DNA of 64,000 nt, from positions 1-64,000 of the forward strand of contig CAVTCR010000007.1 in NCBI GenBank assembly GCA_963733195.1, in the 5' to 3' direction. Position numbers and translations under genes: made by a program. The DNA is from an uncultured delta proteobacterium. GTDB taxonomy: Bacteria > Desulfobacterota > Binatia > Bin18. This document shows, one piece after another, positions 21,121 to 32,850 of this stretch. Every line of letters begins with the position of its first letter. The first letter of the stretch is position 1. The notes beneath the pieces are model-generated. The model saw only the letters and a list, made by a program, of their open reading frames with translations. It was not told the DNA's origin and made no database searches.

Positions 21121-22350
21121 ATGGCTACCTCAACGAAACGAGCGGCGGTTCGTGGATGCGTATGCCTTCCCGGGTTTTCGTCGTCCCCCGCGATACGCGG
21201 GATCTTTGGCGATCCGAAGGCGTGCGTTATTGATCTGGTCCGGCTGTATAAAACAGCCTGCGGTTGCTGTGGTCGGATTTACAGTGGGTGGTACGATCGC
21301 CGCACCCGGCGCGCGCGCGATCTGTCTGTGGCGATCGCCGCGTCTACCTGCAATTTGAGGTTTGGCGTGTGCAGTGCAAGAGCTGTGGCGTGGTGAAGCG
21401 CGAACGGCTCGATTTTCTGGCCGCCAACCCCTTCTATACCCAGCGCTTCGCTCACTACGTCGAAACATGTCGCTCGGCGACGATCAAAGAGATTGCCGAG
21501 GAACTGCACCGGGATTGGGACACGGTCAAGGCGCTGGAGAAGCAGTACATGACGGCGCAAATGGCCAAGGCCGGAACGCCCGGGCCGCAGGTGATCGGCA
21601 TCGACGAGATCGCGATTCGCAAGGTCACACCTACGCATCGTGGTTACGATTTGATCCGATGGCGAGCGATCTGGTTTGGCGACGAGGTTGCTCGGAAGCG
21701 ATCTTGGGCAGTTCTACGAGTGGCTTGGCCAGAGGAAGACTGCGAGATTCGGCTGGCGGTGATGGACATGTGGAAGCCGTTTTGCAATGCGACTACGACG
21801 TATGCGCCGCAAGCGGCGATCCTGTTCGACAAGTTTCACATCATGTGTCATCTGGGCGACGCCCTCGACCAGGTGCCAAGGCCGAGTATCGGCGGCTCAG
21901 TGGCAAAGACCGCGCTACATCAAGGCAGAAATATACGCTGCTCTCGCATCGAGAATCGACGCGCCGCGCGCACTTGAAGGTCCTGCTCGCGGCGACAAGC
22001 GGCTGCACACCGCCACTCGCTCAGGAGACCTTCGGCCAGCTCTGGGACTACGAGCGCGAGGGCTGGGCACGGCGCTTCTTCGAGCACTGGCTCGCGAGCC
22101 TGAAATGGCAACGGCTCAAACCCTACGAGAAGTTCGCGTTGATCGATCGTCATTGGGATGGTATCGCCGCGTACTGCGAGCCCGCGAACAAGGTCTCGCT
22201 AGGCTTCGTCGAGGGGCTCAACAACAAGATTCGGGTCATCCAGCGCCGCGCTTATGGTCTGCGCGACGAAGAGTATCTGCGCTTGAAGATCCTCACCTGT
22301 ATGCTGCCGCCCCTGTGAAAACATCAAATTTTACCCACTCGTTTTCCTGA
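21121..22350 (+). mobile_element. ISL3-family transposase, heavily frameshifted
   Basis: VIGIDEI, MDMWKPF, FDKFHI, HWDGI, VEGLNNKIRVIQRRAYGLRDEEYLRLKI. Confidence 0.85.
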
Positions 22351-22488
22351 TTTTTATTCTATGCCTTGGGATTCTATCGTGGGTTACCTGTTCGCTCCGC
22401 TCGCAAATGATGAATAGAAAAAACGATGAACGCTGAATGATGAACGATGAATAGAGACGAAAGACAGCTCCTGGTTCTCATTCATAAT

Positions 22489-25400
22489 TCATAATTTCCC
22501 CCCCCCCTTCATGATTTCACTAATTGTGAATAAAAATGTAGATCCTTGCTCCGGCAGGGACTCCACCCAAATGCGCCCGCCGTGGCGCTCGACGATCTTC
22601 TTGCAGATTGCCAGGCCGATGCCCGTACCGGGGTACTCACGACGCGTGTGTAAACGTTGAAACACTTGAAAGATTTGCTCGGCGTGCTGCGGAGCAATGC
22701 CAATGCCGTTGTCGTGTACGGCAAACCGCCAGTGACCATTCTCCTTCCGGGCGGACACGTGAGCCCGCGCCGCGGCGGCGCCGCGGAACTTCAGCGCGTT
22801 CCCGATGAGGTTCTGAAAGACTTGGCCGAGGAGGGTCACGTCGCCGCGCACGGTCGGGAGCGGGTCATGGGTCACCTCTGCGCCGCTGTCTGCGACTGCC
22901 AGCCGTAGGTTGTCCAGGGTCTGCGTCAGCAGCGCTTCGCAATCCACCGGCTTGAATACGTCCGTGCTGCCGCCCACCCGGGTATAGGCTAGTAGATCTT
23001 TCAGTAACTCCTGCATGCGTTTAGCGCCATCGACCGCGAAGGCAATGTACTCATCGGCCTCGGCGTCCAGTTTTCCCTGGTAACGCTTGGCCAGCATGCT
23101 GACGAAGTTGGCCACCGTACGCAGGGGCTCGTTCAAATCATGGGAGACGATGTGGACGAACTGCTGCAATTCTCCATTCGAGCGTTGCAGCGCGGCTGCC
23201 TGACACGCGAGCTCCTCCTCGAGGCGTTTGCGCTCGGTGATGTCCTCAATGGCCAATAAGATCAGCTCCGTGTCGGTTGTCTGCGTGAAGACCTTCCGGG
23301 CATTGAGCCGCATCGTCTTTCGCCCGATATGAGGAAACTCGCACTTCAACTCAAAATCATCGAAGCCGCGATTCCCCACGTGCATCGCTCCTAACAGTTG
23401 GTGCAGTTCAGGAAGGTCCCATTGTCCACTGCCTAACGTGTAGAGCAAGCGGTCCTGTATCTCTGCGGGTGCGACCTGGAAGACCTGGTAGAATGACTGG
23501 TTCGCGGAACGCACATGGAGGGTCGCATCCAGCACCAGCAGGGGATCGCGGATCGTGTCTACGAGGCTCTCGGCATAGGCTTGGGCGATATGAGCAGCCT
23601 CTTCTGCATGTTTCAGGTCCGTCACGTCAACAAACGTCAGGACTACGCCGTCAATCACATGATCGATCGTGCGGTACGGTATAATGCGCATGAGATAATC
23701 GGCGTCGGCGTCCACCGTGTGCAGGGTGCGCTCGTGCCTGGAGAGCGTGCTGAGCGTGTCTCTGGCGTCGCTGATCAAGTCACTCCCGACGAAGCGCTGC
23801 GCCAGGTCGGTGAAGGGCCGGCCGACATCACCGGGGAGCAGCGGAAAGAGCGTACTGGCGGCCGGCGTGAAGTTTCTGATACGCAGTTCCCGGTCCAGGA
23901 AAATCGTCGCGACCTGCGTGCTGTCGAACAGGTTCTGCAGATCACTGTTGGTGCGGTCGAGATCATCGACCTTCCGTCTGAGCTCGGCATTCACCGTCTC
24001 CAGTTCCTCGTTAAGCGACTGGAGTTCCTCTTTCGAGGTTTCAAGCTCCTCGTTAGTGGATTGAAACTCCTCATTGGCAGAACCCAGCTCCTCATTGGTG
24101 GTTTCAAGTTCCTCGATAGTGGTTTGTAAGCGTTCCCTGGTGACCTGGAGTTCGTGCTCAAGGGACCGAAGATGGGCGTCCTCCGGGCCGAACGGAGGCG
24201 CATCGCGCCGCGGCGTGCGTCGGTGATGCTCGGCGGGGCCGACGTCCTGGAAGATGATCAGGTACAGGGAGGAGTCGTCGACGTGCTCGGTCATCGGCTG
24301 AACGACCAGGGTAATGGGCTGCACGTCGCCGTTGGTCTGGACCGGAATCTGCTCCCGCACAACCCGCTGATGCGTCGTCACCGCCTGCTGCAGGGCGGTG
24401 CGCAGCGGCAGCCGCAGGCCCGCGCGGGCCATGTTAATAACGTTGACGTTTGGCGTTCCGCTGGGCGGTTCGAGGTAGCGGCCGGTGCGGCCGGAGAAGT
24501 ACACCACCTCGCCTTGCTCGTTGGTCACGACGCAGGCGGGCGCATAGTAGTCCAGAATCGTTCGCTCGGCGAGGGCGCCGATATTACGGGCAGCGGCGGT
24601 GCGGGTACGTTCCGACTCTTCCTCTTGCCGCTGCGGGGGCCGGCGCACGTCCGAGAGCGGGAACTCGACGAGCTGACGGGAGACGGTGTCCTTCTTCTGG
24701 AAGAGGCGATGCTTTTTGTCGAGGGTGCGAAACAGTGCACTCTGCCCGGTGAGGGTCTCTGACGGCCCGAGAAACAGATAGCCGCTCGGACGCAAGGCGT
24801 AATGGAACAGCCGCATCAGCTTCTGCTGGAGTTCGGGGCCCAGGTAAATCAGCACATTCCGGCATGAAATAAGGTCCAGCCGCGAGAACGGCGGGTCCTT
24901 GACGAGACTGTGCACTGAGAAGAGGCACATCTCGCGCAGCTCTTTCTTCACCTGGTATAGATTGTCATGCTTAACGAAGAAGCGTTCCAGGCGCTCGGGA
25001 GTCACCTGTTCCGCGATGCCCAACGAGTAGCAGCCCTTACGGGCATTCTCCAGCGCCTGCTCGTCAATATCGGTGGCAAATACCTGAACTCGCGGCGCGA
25101 CGGCGAGCGTGGCCAGGTGTTCACGCAGGAGGATGGCGATCGAATAGGCTTCTTCTCCGGACGCGCAGCCGGACACGCCTACGCGCACCTGGCCGTCGGC
25201 GCCCTTGTCCGCGAACAGCGCGGGAATGACCTCTCGCTCCAGGGCCGCAAAGGCCTCTGGGTCACGGAAGAACTGCGTCACTCCGATCAGCAAGTCCTTG
25301 AAGAGCAAGTCGAGTTCTTTGGGGTCCTGTTTGAGGAGCGCCAGTAGGCATCCACGGCGTCGAGTTGCAGCACCTGCAAGCGGCGCTGTATACGGCGGAC

Positions 25401-26159
25401 GACGGTGTTCTCCTTGTACTGGCTGAAGTCATGTCCGGTCTGGCGCTTGAGTAGCCCATGGATCGTATGTAGGCGATCGCCCACCTCAGGGTGGGATCCG
25501 GTAGGGCCGTTGGTTGCACGGAGCGCGGTCAAGTGCGTGGAGTATTCTATCAGCTTGGCCGGCATCTCCTCGACTGGGAGGATATGGTCCACCAGCCCCG
25601 TGGCGATGGCGCTGCGTACAAGGCTGTCATACCGGGCCGATTCCGGAGTCTGGGCTATGGCGATGCCGCCGTGTTCCTTGACCGCCCTGAGGCCAAGGGT
25701 GCCATCGGCGCCGGCGCCGGAGAGGAGGATACACACAGCGTTCTCGCCCTGATCTTCGGCCAGCGAGCGGAAGAAGTTATCAATGGGCATGCGGTGGAGG
25801 CGGGGCTCAATCGGAGGCGACACGAGGTGCAGCACGCCGCGGTCGATAGTCAGAGTAGTGTCGGGCGGAATGACATAGACATGATTAGGCTCAACCGGCG
25901 TTTCCTCCTCGATCTGCCGTACAGACATGCGGGTGTACTTCGCCACCAGTTCCGGTAGGAGGCTCGCATGGTCAGGGGCGAGATGCTGGACGAGTACGAA
26001 CGCCATGCCGCTCTCAGGCGGCATCCGCGTAAAGAACTGCTCGAACGCCTCCAGGCCGCCTGCGGATGCGCCCAGGCCCACGATGAGACACGACGCGCGC
26101 GTCCCCCATGCCGCCTCGGCCCGCTCAATGGCCGATGATTCAGGGTCCTTCTGGATCAT
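22489..26159 (-). CDS. CheB methylesterase-CheR methyltransferase-PAS-histidine kinase fusion (frameshift near 25345)
   Basis: GASAGGLEA, GAGADGTLG (CheB); GCASGEEAYS, DLISCRNVLIY (CheR); NEELETSKEELQSLNEEL coil; PAS domains; SHDLNEPL H-box; GTGIGLAICKK. Confidence 0.92.
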
Positions 26160-26559
26160 ATCTTTTCCTCCCGGGAAATGGTGCGCTGCACCTACCGGCG
26201 GTTTTGCTTCCGCTTGCAGACATATCCTCTCCTACTCTTCCGGAGTCAACAAAAGGGCTCACTGCGTGTACGGACGAACGGCGGTCACTTCCGCCACACT
26301 ATCCAGCACCAGAGCAATAGGGGCATTGTGAGATTGCTCTAAAGGTATCGCCGGTGCAAGGGAGGAACATACTTCTCTGTCGAGATCTCGGGTAGGCCGG
26401 AGTAAGCGCGGGCCGTTTCATGACACAGACTTTCACGACAGTTATAATGTCCCGCTGTGAACAATTACCTGAGAGATTTTGTGAAGGAACGTTCTCGACG
26501 AGGGACGAGCGTGGGCCTCCGAACGTGACAGACTCAGGGCACACGAGCGAGGCCGGGGC

Positions 26560-26865
26560 TCATAAGAACTTGGCCAGATACGCGAAGAGGTCCGGGGCCA
26601 CAGCAAGTTCTTGGAGGTGGTACCGCCACGCCGGCTTATCAAGATCCTGGACCAGGGTGCCGCCGCTATCAGTGGGAACAACGATGCGGTGTGCTTCTCC
26701 CCAAAAAGCTAGCGCGAAGCCCCGGTTGAACAGCACCATATTTTCGTGCCCCATATGGATGAGGTCCTCAGCACGGCCCAGTACAAGAGGTTTCCAGTCG
26801 GGGTTGTTCGCCCTAGCCTTGACCAGGGCCCGCTGAAGAATTTCGACGTTACTGAGCGCTTGCAT
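26560..26865 (-). CDS. hypothetical protein, copy 1 (101 aa)
   Basis: MQALSNVEILQRALVKARANN...GFALAFWGE...AWRYHLQELAVAPDLFAYLAKFL; AGGAGG RBS; paralog at 32851..33156. Confidence 0.75.
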   Translation of the reverse strand: MQALSNVEILQRALVKARANNPDWKPLVLGRAEDLIHMGHENMVLFNRGFALAFWGEAHRIVVPTDSGGTLVQDLDKPAWRYHLQELAVAPDLFAYLAKFL

Positions 26866-27376
26866 TAGGAATCCTCCTACCGTCAACGAGCAAGTCCGAT
26901 ACTTTCATGACGTCTCCCATGCGCGCTTTCCTTGGCCAGGAAAAATTCTCGTCAGAGTCACCCTCATGCTCTGCAGGATGCGATTGACTGGTGGCCAGCG
27001 TGAGCAGGAGAGCTGATTCCTCAAGGGCTTCGACCTCGTGGCGAATCCCTGCCTGGAGTGCGAGCATTTGCCCTTTCTTGAGTGTAACCGGCTCTGAATC
27101 GGTACGAACTTGCAGGCGACCCTCGACAACCTGCACACTCAGCGGGCTTTCCGCCTGATGTGAAGGAATCGCGGTACTCGCGTGCATGACGATAAGCACC
27201 ACCCGCAGTCCATGATCCTTGAGCAAGGTCATGGCATTGCGCTTTCCGGTGCGCCACAGATCTTCGTGCTTAAGTTGCGCCAGCAGCGTTGGGATATCGA
27301 ACGTTAAGAGTGGAGCGTCCAGGGAATACTCGGTCAAGGAACGTTCTGTTGTTGTCTGATGTCTGTCAAGAGCCAT
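26849..27376 (-). CDS. cupin domain protein
   Basis: SHQAESPLSVQVVEGRL...GIRHEVEALEESALLLT cupin motif; the 3' end may be over-extended. Confidence 0.8.
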   Translation of the reverse strand: MALDRHQTTTERSLTEYSLDAPLLTFDIPTLLAQLKHEDLWRTGKRNAMTLLKDHGLRVVLIVMHASTAIPSHQAESPLSVQVVEGRLQVRTDSEPVTLKKGQMLALQAGIRHEVEALEESALLLTLATSQSHPAEHEGDSDENFSWPRKARMGDVMKVSDLLVDGRRIPNASAQ

Positions 27377-27578
27377 ATCCTTCCTCCTTCTCTACGACTG
27401 GCCGCCAGTTGCCCCTTAGTAACCTTTCTTACTCGTGAATGGCGTAGCACGTGACCGCTGACGGACCTGACGGGTATTATCGGACTGCCTGCGTGACCTC
27501 CTCCAGGGGTACGGAGAAGCAGCAGGTGAAGAAAAAAGAACGTGTTGAAGCCAGAACCGGTTCCACTCGTTCCTTCGA

Positions 27579-27618
27579 AAAGTAACGCAGGCATCCCGCG
27601 CCGTCTGTGACATTCCTG
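27579..27618 (-). promoter_or_regulatory. conserved promoter element, copy 2 (proximal half-site only)
   Basis: GTCTGTGACATTCCTG at 27603; -10 TACTTT at the same spacing as copy 1; the distal half-site is replaced by the end of the upstream gene. Confidence 0.65.
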
Positions 27619-27635
27619 TTTTTGAACTGGCAAGC

Positions 27636-28022
27636 TTATGTTTGAAAGTACTGGCGGACTTTTGCCGCAATCTGCCGCTCGGTCATCTTGTCCTCTGTTT
27701 CCACCTCAACGATGCGCGCCCCAAGCTTCTCCTTCTCCAGACGTTTTTTGAGCTCGCCCTTTGCCTCACCCGGACCCAAGAGCAGAATGGCGTCAGCCTC
27801 ACGAATCTCCGCGATGACCTCGTCATAGTATCGGTTGAGATGCTCCGTAAAGCGGCGGTCTCGCTGATCCTCTCCCGAGCGATCTCCTGATTTCGACCCA
27901 CCGGAAAAGCGGACATGCTTCTCCATGTCCGCTTCTATGTGTCGCGTTTCTTCTCCGTGCTCTCCGAGAGTCACGATAATCGTCTCCCGGTGGTCAATCC
28001 ACAACCCGATTTGTTTTTTCAT
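27636..28022 (-). CDS. host-attachment / eRF1-like (baeRF) protein
   Basis: GLWIDHRE, ILLLGPGEAKGEL, ETEDKMTERQIAAKVRQYF. Confidence 0.75.
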   Translation of the reverse strand: MKKQIGLWIDHRETIIVTLGEHGEETRHIEADMEKHVRFSGGSKSGDRSGEDQRDRRFTEHLNRYYDEVIAEIREADAILLLGPGEAKGELKKRLEKEKLGARIVEVETEDKMTERQIAAKVRQYFQT

Positions 28023-28258
28023 AAATTCCTCCTTGAGCCATAAAGGCCGCTTCGGCTTCGGTGTCAGTGTTGTAGACTCTCACCACTGCGCTGTTTTTAG
28101 CTATGATGTATCTCCGTGTTATGGTGCCGAGTGAGGCGCTGGCGCCGTAATCGTCGCATCCTCGCTGTTCTGCCGACTTGCCCGTCAGGGCGCGGCCCCC
28201 CCGCCATCGCGGTGGGGAAAACCGTCGGCAACTGGAAAATCCCTCGTGACGCTCCGGG

Positions 28259-28333
28259 CTACCGCAGTCCGAGGTAGTTGAAAATGAAGAGCACTACCAC
28301 CACGACGCCAATAATGTAAAAAATGCTGTTCAT
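28259..28333 (-). CDS. small membrane protein (24 aa)
   Basis: MNSIFYIIGVVVVVLFIFNYLGLR* with AAGGAG RBS; absent from the ORF track. Confidence 0.7.
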   Translation of the reverse strand: MNSIFYIIGVVVVVLFIFNYLGLR

Positions 28334-28450
28334 GTCGAGTTCTCCTTTCTTTCGCGTGATCGGATCACCGTTGAGTTAACCTCAGTCCTGAGTTGCAACA
28401 GTATGGTGAGACGGGCGTCATGGGCCCTTCTTGCTACTGTTCAGGTAGGT

Positions 28451-28654
28451 CTATTGAATCACTTCCGTCGTAGAGGATTTCTTCTCTACTACTGTTGTGG
28501 AGCTTCTTTCCTGTACAACAGGCGGTGGAGGAGGTGCCTCTACACTCGAAGAGGAATACGACCGCTCCACGGTATTTTCCCGCACCACACGTGGGCCGCA
28601 CGCTATTACGCTCGTTGTCAGAGCCAAGATCGTGACTACAAGAATCTTTTTCAT
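28451..28654 (-). CDS. small putative lipoprotein
   Basis: MKKILVVTILALTTSVIAC lipobox; Pro/Ser-rich. Confidence 0.7.
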   Translation of the reverse strand: MKKILVVTILALTTSVIACGPRVVRENTVERSYSSSSVEAPPPPPVVQERSSTTVVEKKSSTTEVIQ

Positions 28655-28785
28655 GATCCTTCTCCTTACCCAGAGACAGGTCGCGCGAGAGGAGCGGGAT
28701 GGCGGGCTGTGCGCTCCTGCCTTCTCTAACCTTTCTCGGGCAGCCCACGCTTGTCACTGGGCTAGGCGGCGGGGATTGTTGCCTG

Positions 28786-28977
28786 TCAGGCGTTCTTCAT
28801 TGTGTCCGCCGCCCTCTCTACTTTTTCCTTCACCTTCTCTGCTACCTTTGCCGCTGTTTCCTTCACCTTTCCCACCATTTGATCTCGCTGTCCTTCTCGT
28901 TTAAGGCTTTCGTCATCTGAGAGCGCCCCTGCTGCCTCTTTGATCCGTCCTTTGACTTGGTCCATCTTGCCACTCAT
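28786..28977 (-). CDS. csbD: CsbD family protein (63 aa)
   Basis: MSGKMDQVKGRIKEAAGALSDDESLKREGQRDQMVGKVKE. Confidence 0.9.
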   Translation of the reverse strand: MSGKMDQVKGRIKEAAGALSDDESLKREGQRDQMVGKVKETAAKVAEKVKEKVERAADTMKNA

Positions 28978-29149
28978 TGTCGTTTTCCTTTCGTTCACTG
29001 ATGTAACTCGCGTGCGGGTCGCACCAAGTGGTTGTGCGGCGACGTGCGCCGCGTTGTTGATGAAATAGTGCCGTTCTGTACGTGTCTGTCTCCAGTAGAG
29101 CCTGCCGATACTGCCCGACGCATAATGCAGGCGTAGCGAGCCAAGACGG

Positions 29150-30199
29150 TTAGTTCTTGGCGGTGGTGAGGCGCAGCTCGTTCTCAACCGCGCGTACGCC
29201 CGGGACCGCACGCGCCGCCACTGTCGCCTCCAGGCGTTGCGCCCCAGTGGGGATGGTCCCCATCAGCCGCACGACACCGTTCTTCACGTCCACCGTAATG
29301 TCCTTGAACTCTAGGGTAGCGAGTGCTTTCTTGACGTCGCGCTCGAGCTCCTCGTCCCGCACCTGGCCCGCGGCCTGCTTGACGCTCGCGACGACCTGCA
29401 GTTCGTTTTCCACATGCTTCACCCCACTCACCTTGTGGGCGTCGGCTTCAGCCGCCGCCTTCGCTTGCTGCGAGGGCACGATCCCGAAGAGAGTTACCAC
29501 TCCCGCCCAGGTGTCCACATTGATGTCGAGTGCCGGGGTTTGGCTGTCAGCTAGCAAGCGCATCCTGATGGCTGAAGTGAGCCACATGTCGCTGGCCGTC
29601 TCCCACATGCCGTGCTCTTCGCTGGATGCTGGCGGCGTGGACTCACGCCAGATCTCCGCATCGGCCAGGGTCTCAGGACTCTGCACCTCACTGGCGATCC
29701 GGCGCACGCCTGGGATGCCAGCCACCACTTCGATGGCGCGCAGGTCCGCGCTTAAGGTCTTGGCCGTGCCACCCAGGAGCACTACGCCCTTGTTCACTGA
29801 CTGGACGGTGATCTGGCTGCTCTTGAGGGAGGAATCGGTCTGTAACCTTTTCTCGATCCGCTGCTTGAGCGCATCATCGGACACTTGTATCGCCTGCGCG
29901 TGCTGTGGAGTAACCACCTGGAGCAGATTGTGCACGCTCTTCACGCCGTCGATCTGCTGGGCGATGATCTCGGCGTGCTTCTTCTCCACCGTAGAGCCTA
30001 CCTTGCCGTGTAGGGTGACTTGTCCCATGACAGTATCCACCTTGATGGCGGTTCCGCTCACACCCTCTGTGGTCAGGAGGGCGAGTTTGGTCTTGGTTGT
30101 AATCCAGGCGTCTGGCGTAGCCGCCCAGGCTGGGGTGGCCAGCGCTACGCCTACGACCACTACGAGTAGGCTGGCCCGAAGCCATGAGATTCTCTGCAT
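29150..30199 (-). CDS. BON-domain protein (OsmY-like, four BON domains)
   Basis: Signal peptide, then DAWITTKTKLAL..GQVTLHG, DDALKQRI..GVVLLGG, DMWLTSAIRMRL..GVVTLFG, DEELERDV..GVVRLMG. Confidence 0.9.
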   Translation of the reverse strand: MQRISWLRASLLVVVVGVALATPAWAATPDAWITTKTKLALLTTEGVSGTAIKVDTVMGQVTLHGKVGSTVEKKHAEIIAQQIDGVKSVHNLLQVVTPQHAQAIQVSDDALKQRIEKRLQTDSSLKSSQITVQSVNKGVVLLGGTAKTLSADLRAIEVVAGIPGVRRIASEVQSPETLADAEIWRESTPPASSEEHGMWETASDMWLTSAIRMRLLADSQTPALDINVDTWAGVVTLFGIVPSQQAKAAAEADAHKVSGVKHVENELQVVASVKQAAGQVRDEELERDVKKALATLEFKDITVDVKNGVVRLMGTIPTGAQRLEATVAARAVPGVRAVENELRLTTAKN

Positions 30200-30403
30200 A
30201 AATCTTCTCCTGTGGGTTAAAAGTGGATTGTAATGTGAAGGTAAGCCGCGCAACTGGATTGTCGCTACGCCATGAAGGAGCCGCCGCAGTGTCTCACTGG
30301 AGGGTGCTGTGGCAGCCCGAAAGTGGCAGGAGAGATGTCGTCTCTGTGTCTGCTCTCGATTCTTTGCCCTAGCTCTCTGCCAGCCAGATCCGGGCGGCAC
30401 CAT

Positions 30404-30553
30404 TTAGAGTCGTCCAGCGAAGAGCAGCACGAGGACGACAACGACCAGCACCCCGGAGAGGCCCGAGGGCATATAACCGTACGAATGATAGCCCCAGTTG
30501 GGCAGACCGCCGAATAGGAGCAGCAGTAAGATGACTAGCAATAATAGACTCAT
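30404..30553 (-). CDS. DUF3309 family small membrane protein, second paralog
   Basis: MSLLLLVILLLLLFGGLPNWGYHSYGYMPSGLSGVLVVVVLVLLFAGRL*. Confidence 0.85.
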   Translation of the reverse strand: MSLLLLVILLLLLFGGLPNWGYHSYGYMPSGLSGVLVVVVLVLLFAGRL

Positions 30554-30641
30554 GATAAGTTACCTCCGTCATAGTAAGTTGTTCTGGTGCGAAGGAAAAA
30601 GAATACATTGAAGACAGAACCGGTTCTTATCGCTCATCCAG

Positions 30642-30709
30642 AAAGTAACGCAGGTGTGTCGCGTCGTCTGTGATATTCCTGCTGCAAATGTTGGAATCGT
30701 GCGATAATC
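30642..30709 (-). promoter_or_regulatory. conserved promoter element, copy 3 (heads DUF3309-BON-CsbD)
   Basis: GTCTGTGATATTCCTGCTGCAAATGTTGGAATCGTGCGATAATC at 30666; -10 TACTTT. Confidence 0.8.
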
Positions 30710-30996
30710 ATACAAGACGAGAGTAAGAAAAAGGCGCACAGGCATGATTCTTCATGCCCGCAGCAAATCTACTCTCTCACTTTGGTAGTGCTGCCCAGGT
30801 AATGATGCACATTTAGTGAGGTTATAGCCAACCTGGCGTCCATGGTAATCCAGACCCATTGCCGGGTTACTTTCTTCCCCATAAAGCTCCAGAGTTCGTC
30901 TACATCGGCTTTCAGCCGAGGTAGACTCAGCGCGTGCGTGCCGGCGGTCGGCTGGGCATACAGATTACCCTTGCGTCAGCTTTGCTATAGCAGGGC

Positions 30997-32138
30997 CTAA
31001 TAGAGCGACTGCAAGTTGAGGATTTGTGACAACACAGCGGTCAGGATGGCATACTTGCCGTCAACGTAACTCCCATATTGAGAGCGACTGTTGTAGCCAT
31101 CGTCATAGCCACGACGGAATCCCGAGCGGAAGTAGTAGCGGTACTCGTTCGGGTCTACATAATAGCCGGTATAGCCGGCGGTCGCGTCCTGGTAGGCATA
31201 GGAGTCTCGGGAGTTGGAGCGCCAACCATCCTCCTGGTCCGCCTGTCCTGCACGGAAGCCATCCTCATAGCCGAAGTTCACGGCCTGCCGGAGTACATCC
31301 GCCCCATATTGATTCGTCTCGTAGCGCTTGCCGCCCCGAGAGTACCGCCAATTCGGAGCCGTGGAGAAGTAGGGATCACGATCGTAATCATAGTCGCGCT
31401 CGGGTTGGAGACGGAGGTGCTGCTCACGCAGGCGCTCGACATATTGTTGCTCAAATCGATACTGGGCCTGACGGTGTTGGTGCTGGAGCGAGGCGACGCG
31501 CTTTTGCGCCCGTCGCGTCTGCTGTTCCAGTTGTTGATGATATGACACCGAACGCTTTTGCTGCTCTTTAATCAGCTGGCGCTGACGCTGCTCTGACAGA
31601 CGCTGTTGGCGCTCCTGCTGCTGCTCTTGGACTCTTTGTTGTTGGCGCTCCTGCGTTCTCTCTGCTCTTGAACTCTTTGTTGTTGGCGCTCCTGCTGTTG
31701 CTGCTGCTGTTGCTGAGCTTTTTGTTGTTGTCGCCCCTGCTGTTGTTGCTGCTCTTGAACTCTTTGCTGTTGGCGCTCCTGCTGTTGCTGGGCTTTTTGT
31801 TGTTGGCGCTCCTGTTGTTGCTGCTGTTGTTGTTGAGCTTTTTGTTGTTGTCGTTCTTGCTGTTGTTGCTGCTCTTGAACTCTTTGCTGTTGGCGCTCCT
31901 GCTGTTGCTGGGCTTTTTGTTGTTGGCGCTCCTGTTGTTGCTGCTGTTGTTGTTGAGCTTTTTGTTGTTGTCGTTCTTGCTGTTGCTGAGCTTTTTGTTG
32001 TTGGCGCTCCTGCTGTTGCTGCTGCCGCACCTGCTCCGGTTGTTCTGGCTGCGCGGTGGCCGGTAGGCGTCCTCCTTCCAGCGACAACACACTGATGACC
32101 AACGCCACTATCACCTGCTTTCCGATCTTGACTTTCAT
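30997..32138 (-). CDS. secreted Gln-rich low-complexity protein with Tyr-rich C-terminal domain (frameshifted around 31550-31640)
   Basis: Signal peptide, long QQQQERQQQKA repeats, then YETNQYGADVLRQAVNFGYEDGFRAG...YYFRSGFRRGYDDGY. Confidence 0.75.
31670..32025. repeat. 120-bp coding tandem repeat (~3 units)
   Basis: 31741-31860 is identical to 31861-31980; the flanks are degenerate copies. Confidence 0.85.
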
Positions 32139-32182
32139 TGGACTTCTCCTTCTCATGATGAAAGAAGTCTTACCCATTACGC

Positions 32183-32494
32183 TTAACTACCAGCCTTCTT
32201 CGCTTCGATCTTGTTCGCTACGGTTTTGCCATCCTTCGTGTCGGTGGTCACCGTGACCATGTCGCCCACCTTCACATCGGTGAGCCCGCACGTTTTGCCT
32301 TCACAGGTGATGGCCGCATCAGAGGCCACCTCATGGGTGTGTTGATTCTTGTCCGCCATATCCGTCATCGTCAGCTTGCCGACGCCAACCTCGACTACCT
32401 TCCCTTCATGCATGGCCGGTGCGCTTCGGCAGCCCAACGCCCCCATGGTCAGCGTAAGGGCCACAAAGAATACTGACAGCACTCTCGATAACAT
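32183..32494 (-). CDS. putative lipoprotein (OB-fold-like)
   Basis: ALGC lipobox; EGKVVEV..KVGDMVTVT. Confidence 0.7.
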   Translation of the reverse strand: MLSRVLSVFFVALTLTMGALGCRSAPAMHEGKVVEVGVGKLTMTDMADKNQHTHEVASDAAITCEGKTCGLTDVKVGDMVTVTTDTKDGKTVANKIEAKKAGS

Positions 32495-32725
32495 GACAGT
32501 CTCCTTTCATAACAAAAACTTAGCTCTATACATGTGAGACAATCGTGGATCGCCTCACTGTTCTCCTGAAATGTTAAGGGTTAATGACCGACGATCTCCA
32601 GTTGGTTATCCACTTTGGTCGCCCCTGCGATTTGGTGGGCTTTGGCGTCAATATTTGCTTTCTCTTGGGTACTGATGACCGGGCCCCGCGACATGCGAGG
32701 CCTCTTTTCCATCTCATTGACCAAG

Positions 32726-32793
32726 AAGGTAACGCAGGCCTTCCGCGCCGTCTGTGAAATTCCTGCTACAAATGTTGGAATTCTGCGACAATC
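32726..32793 (-). promoter_or_regulatory. conserved promoter element, copy 4
   Basis: GTCTGTGAAATTCCTGCTACAAATGTTGGAATTCTGCGACAATC at 32750; -10 TACCTT. Confidence 0.8.
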
Positions 32794-32850
32794 TCACGGA
32801 CGTAAATCCCCGAGCGTGACGGATTCGGGACACACGAGCGAGGCCGAGGC

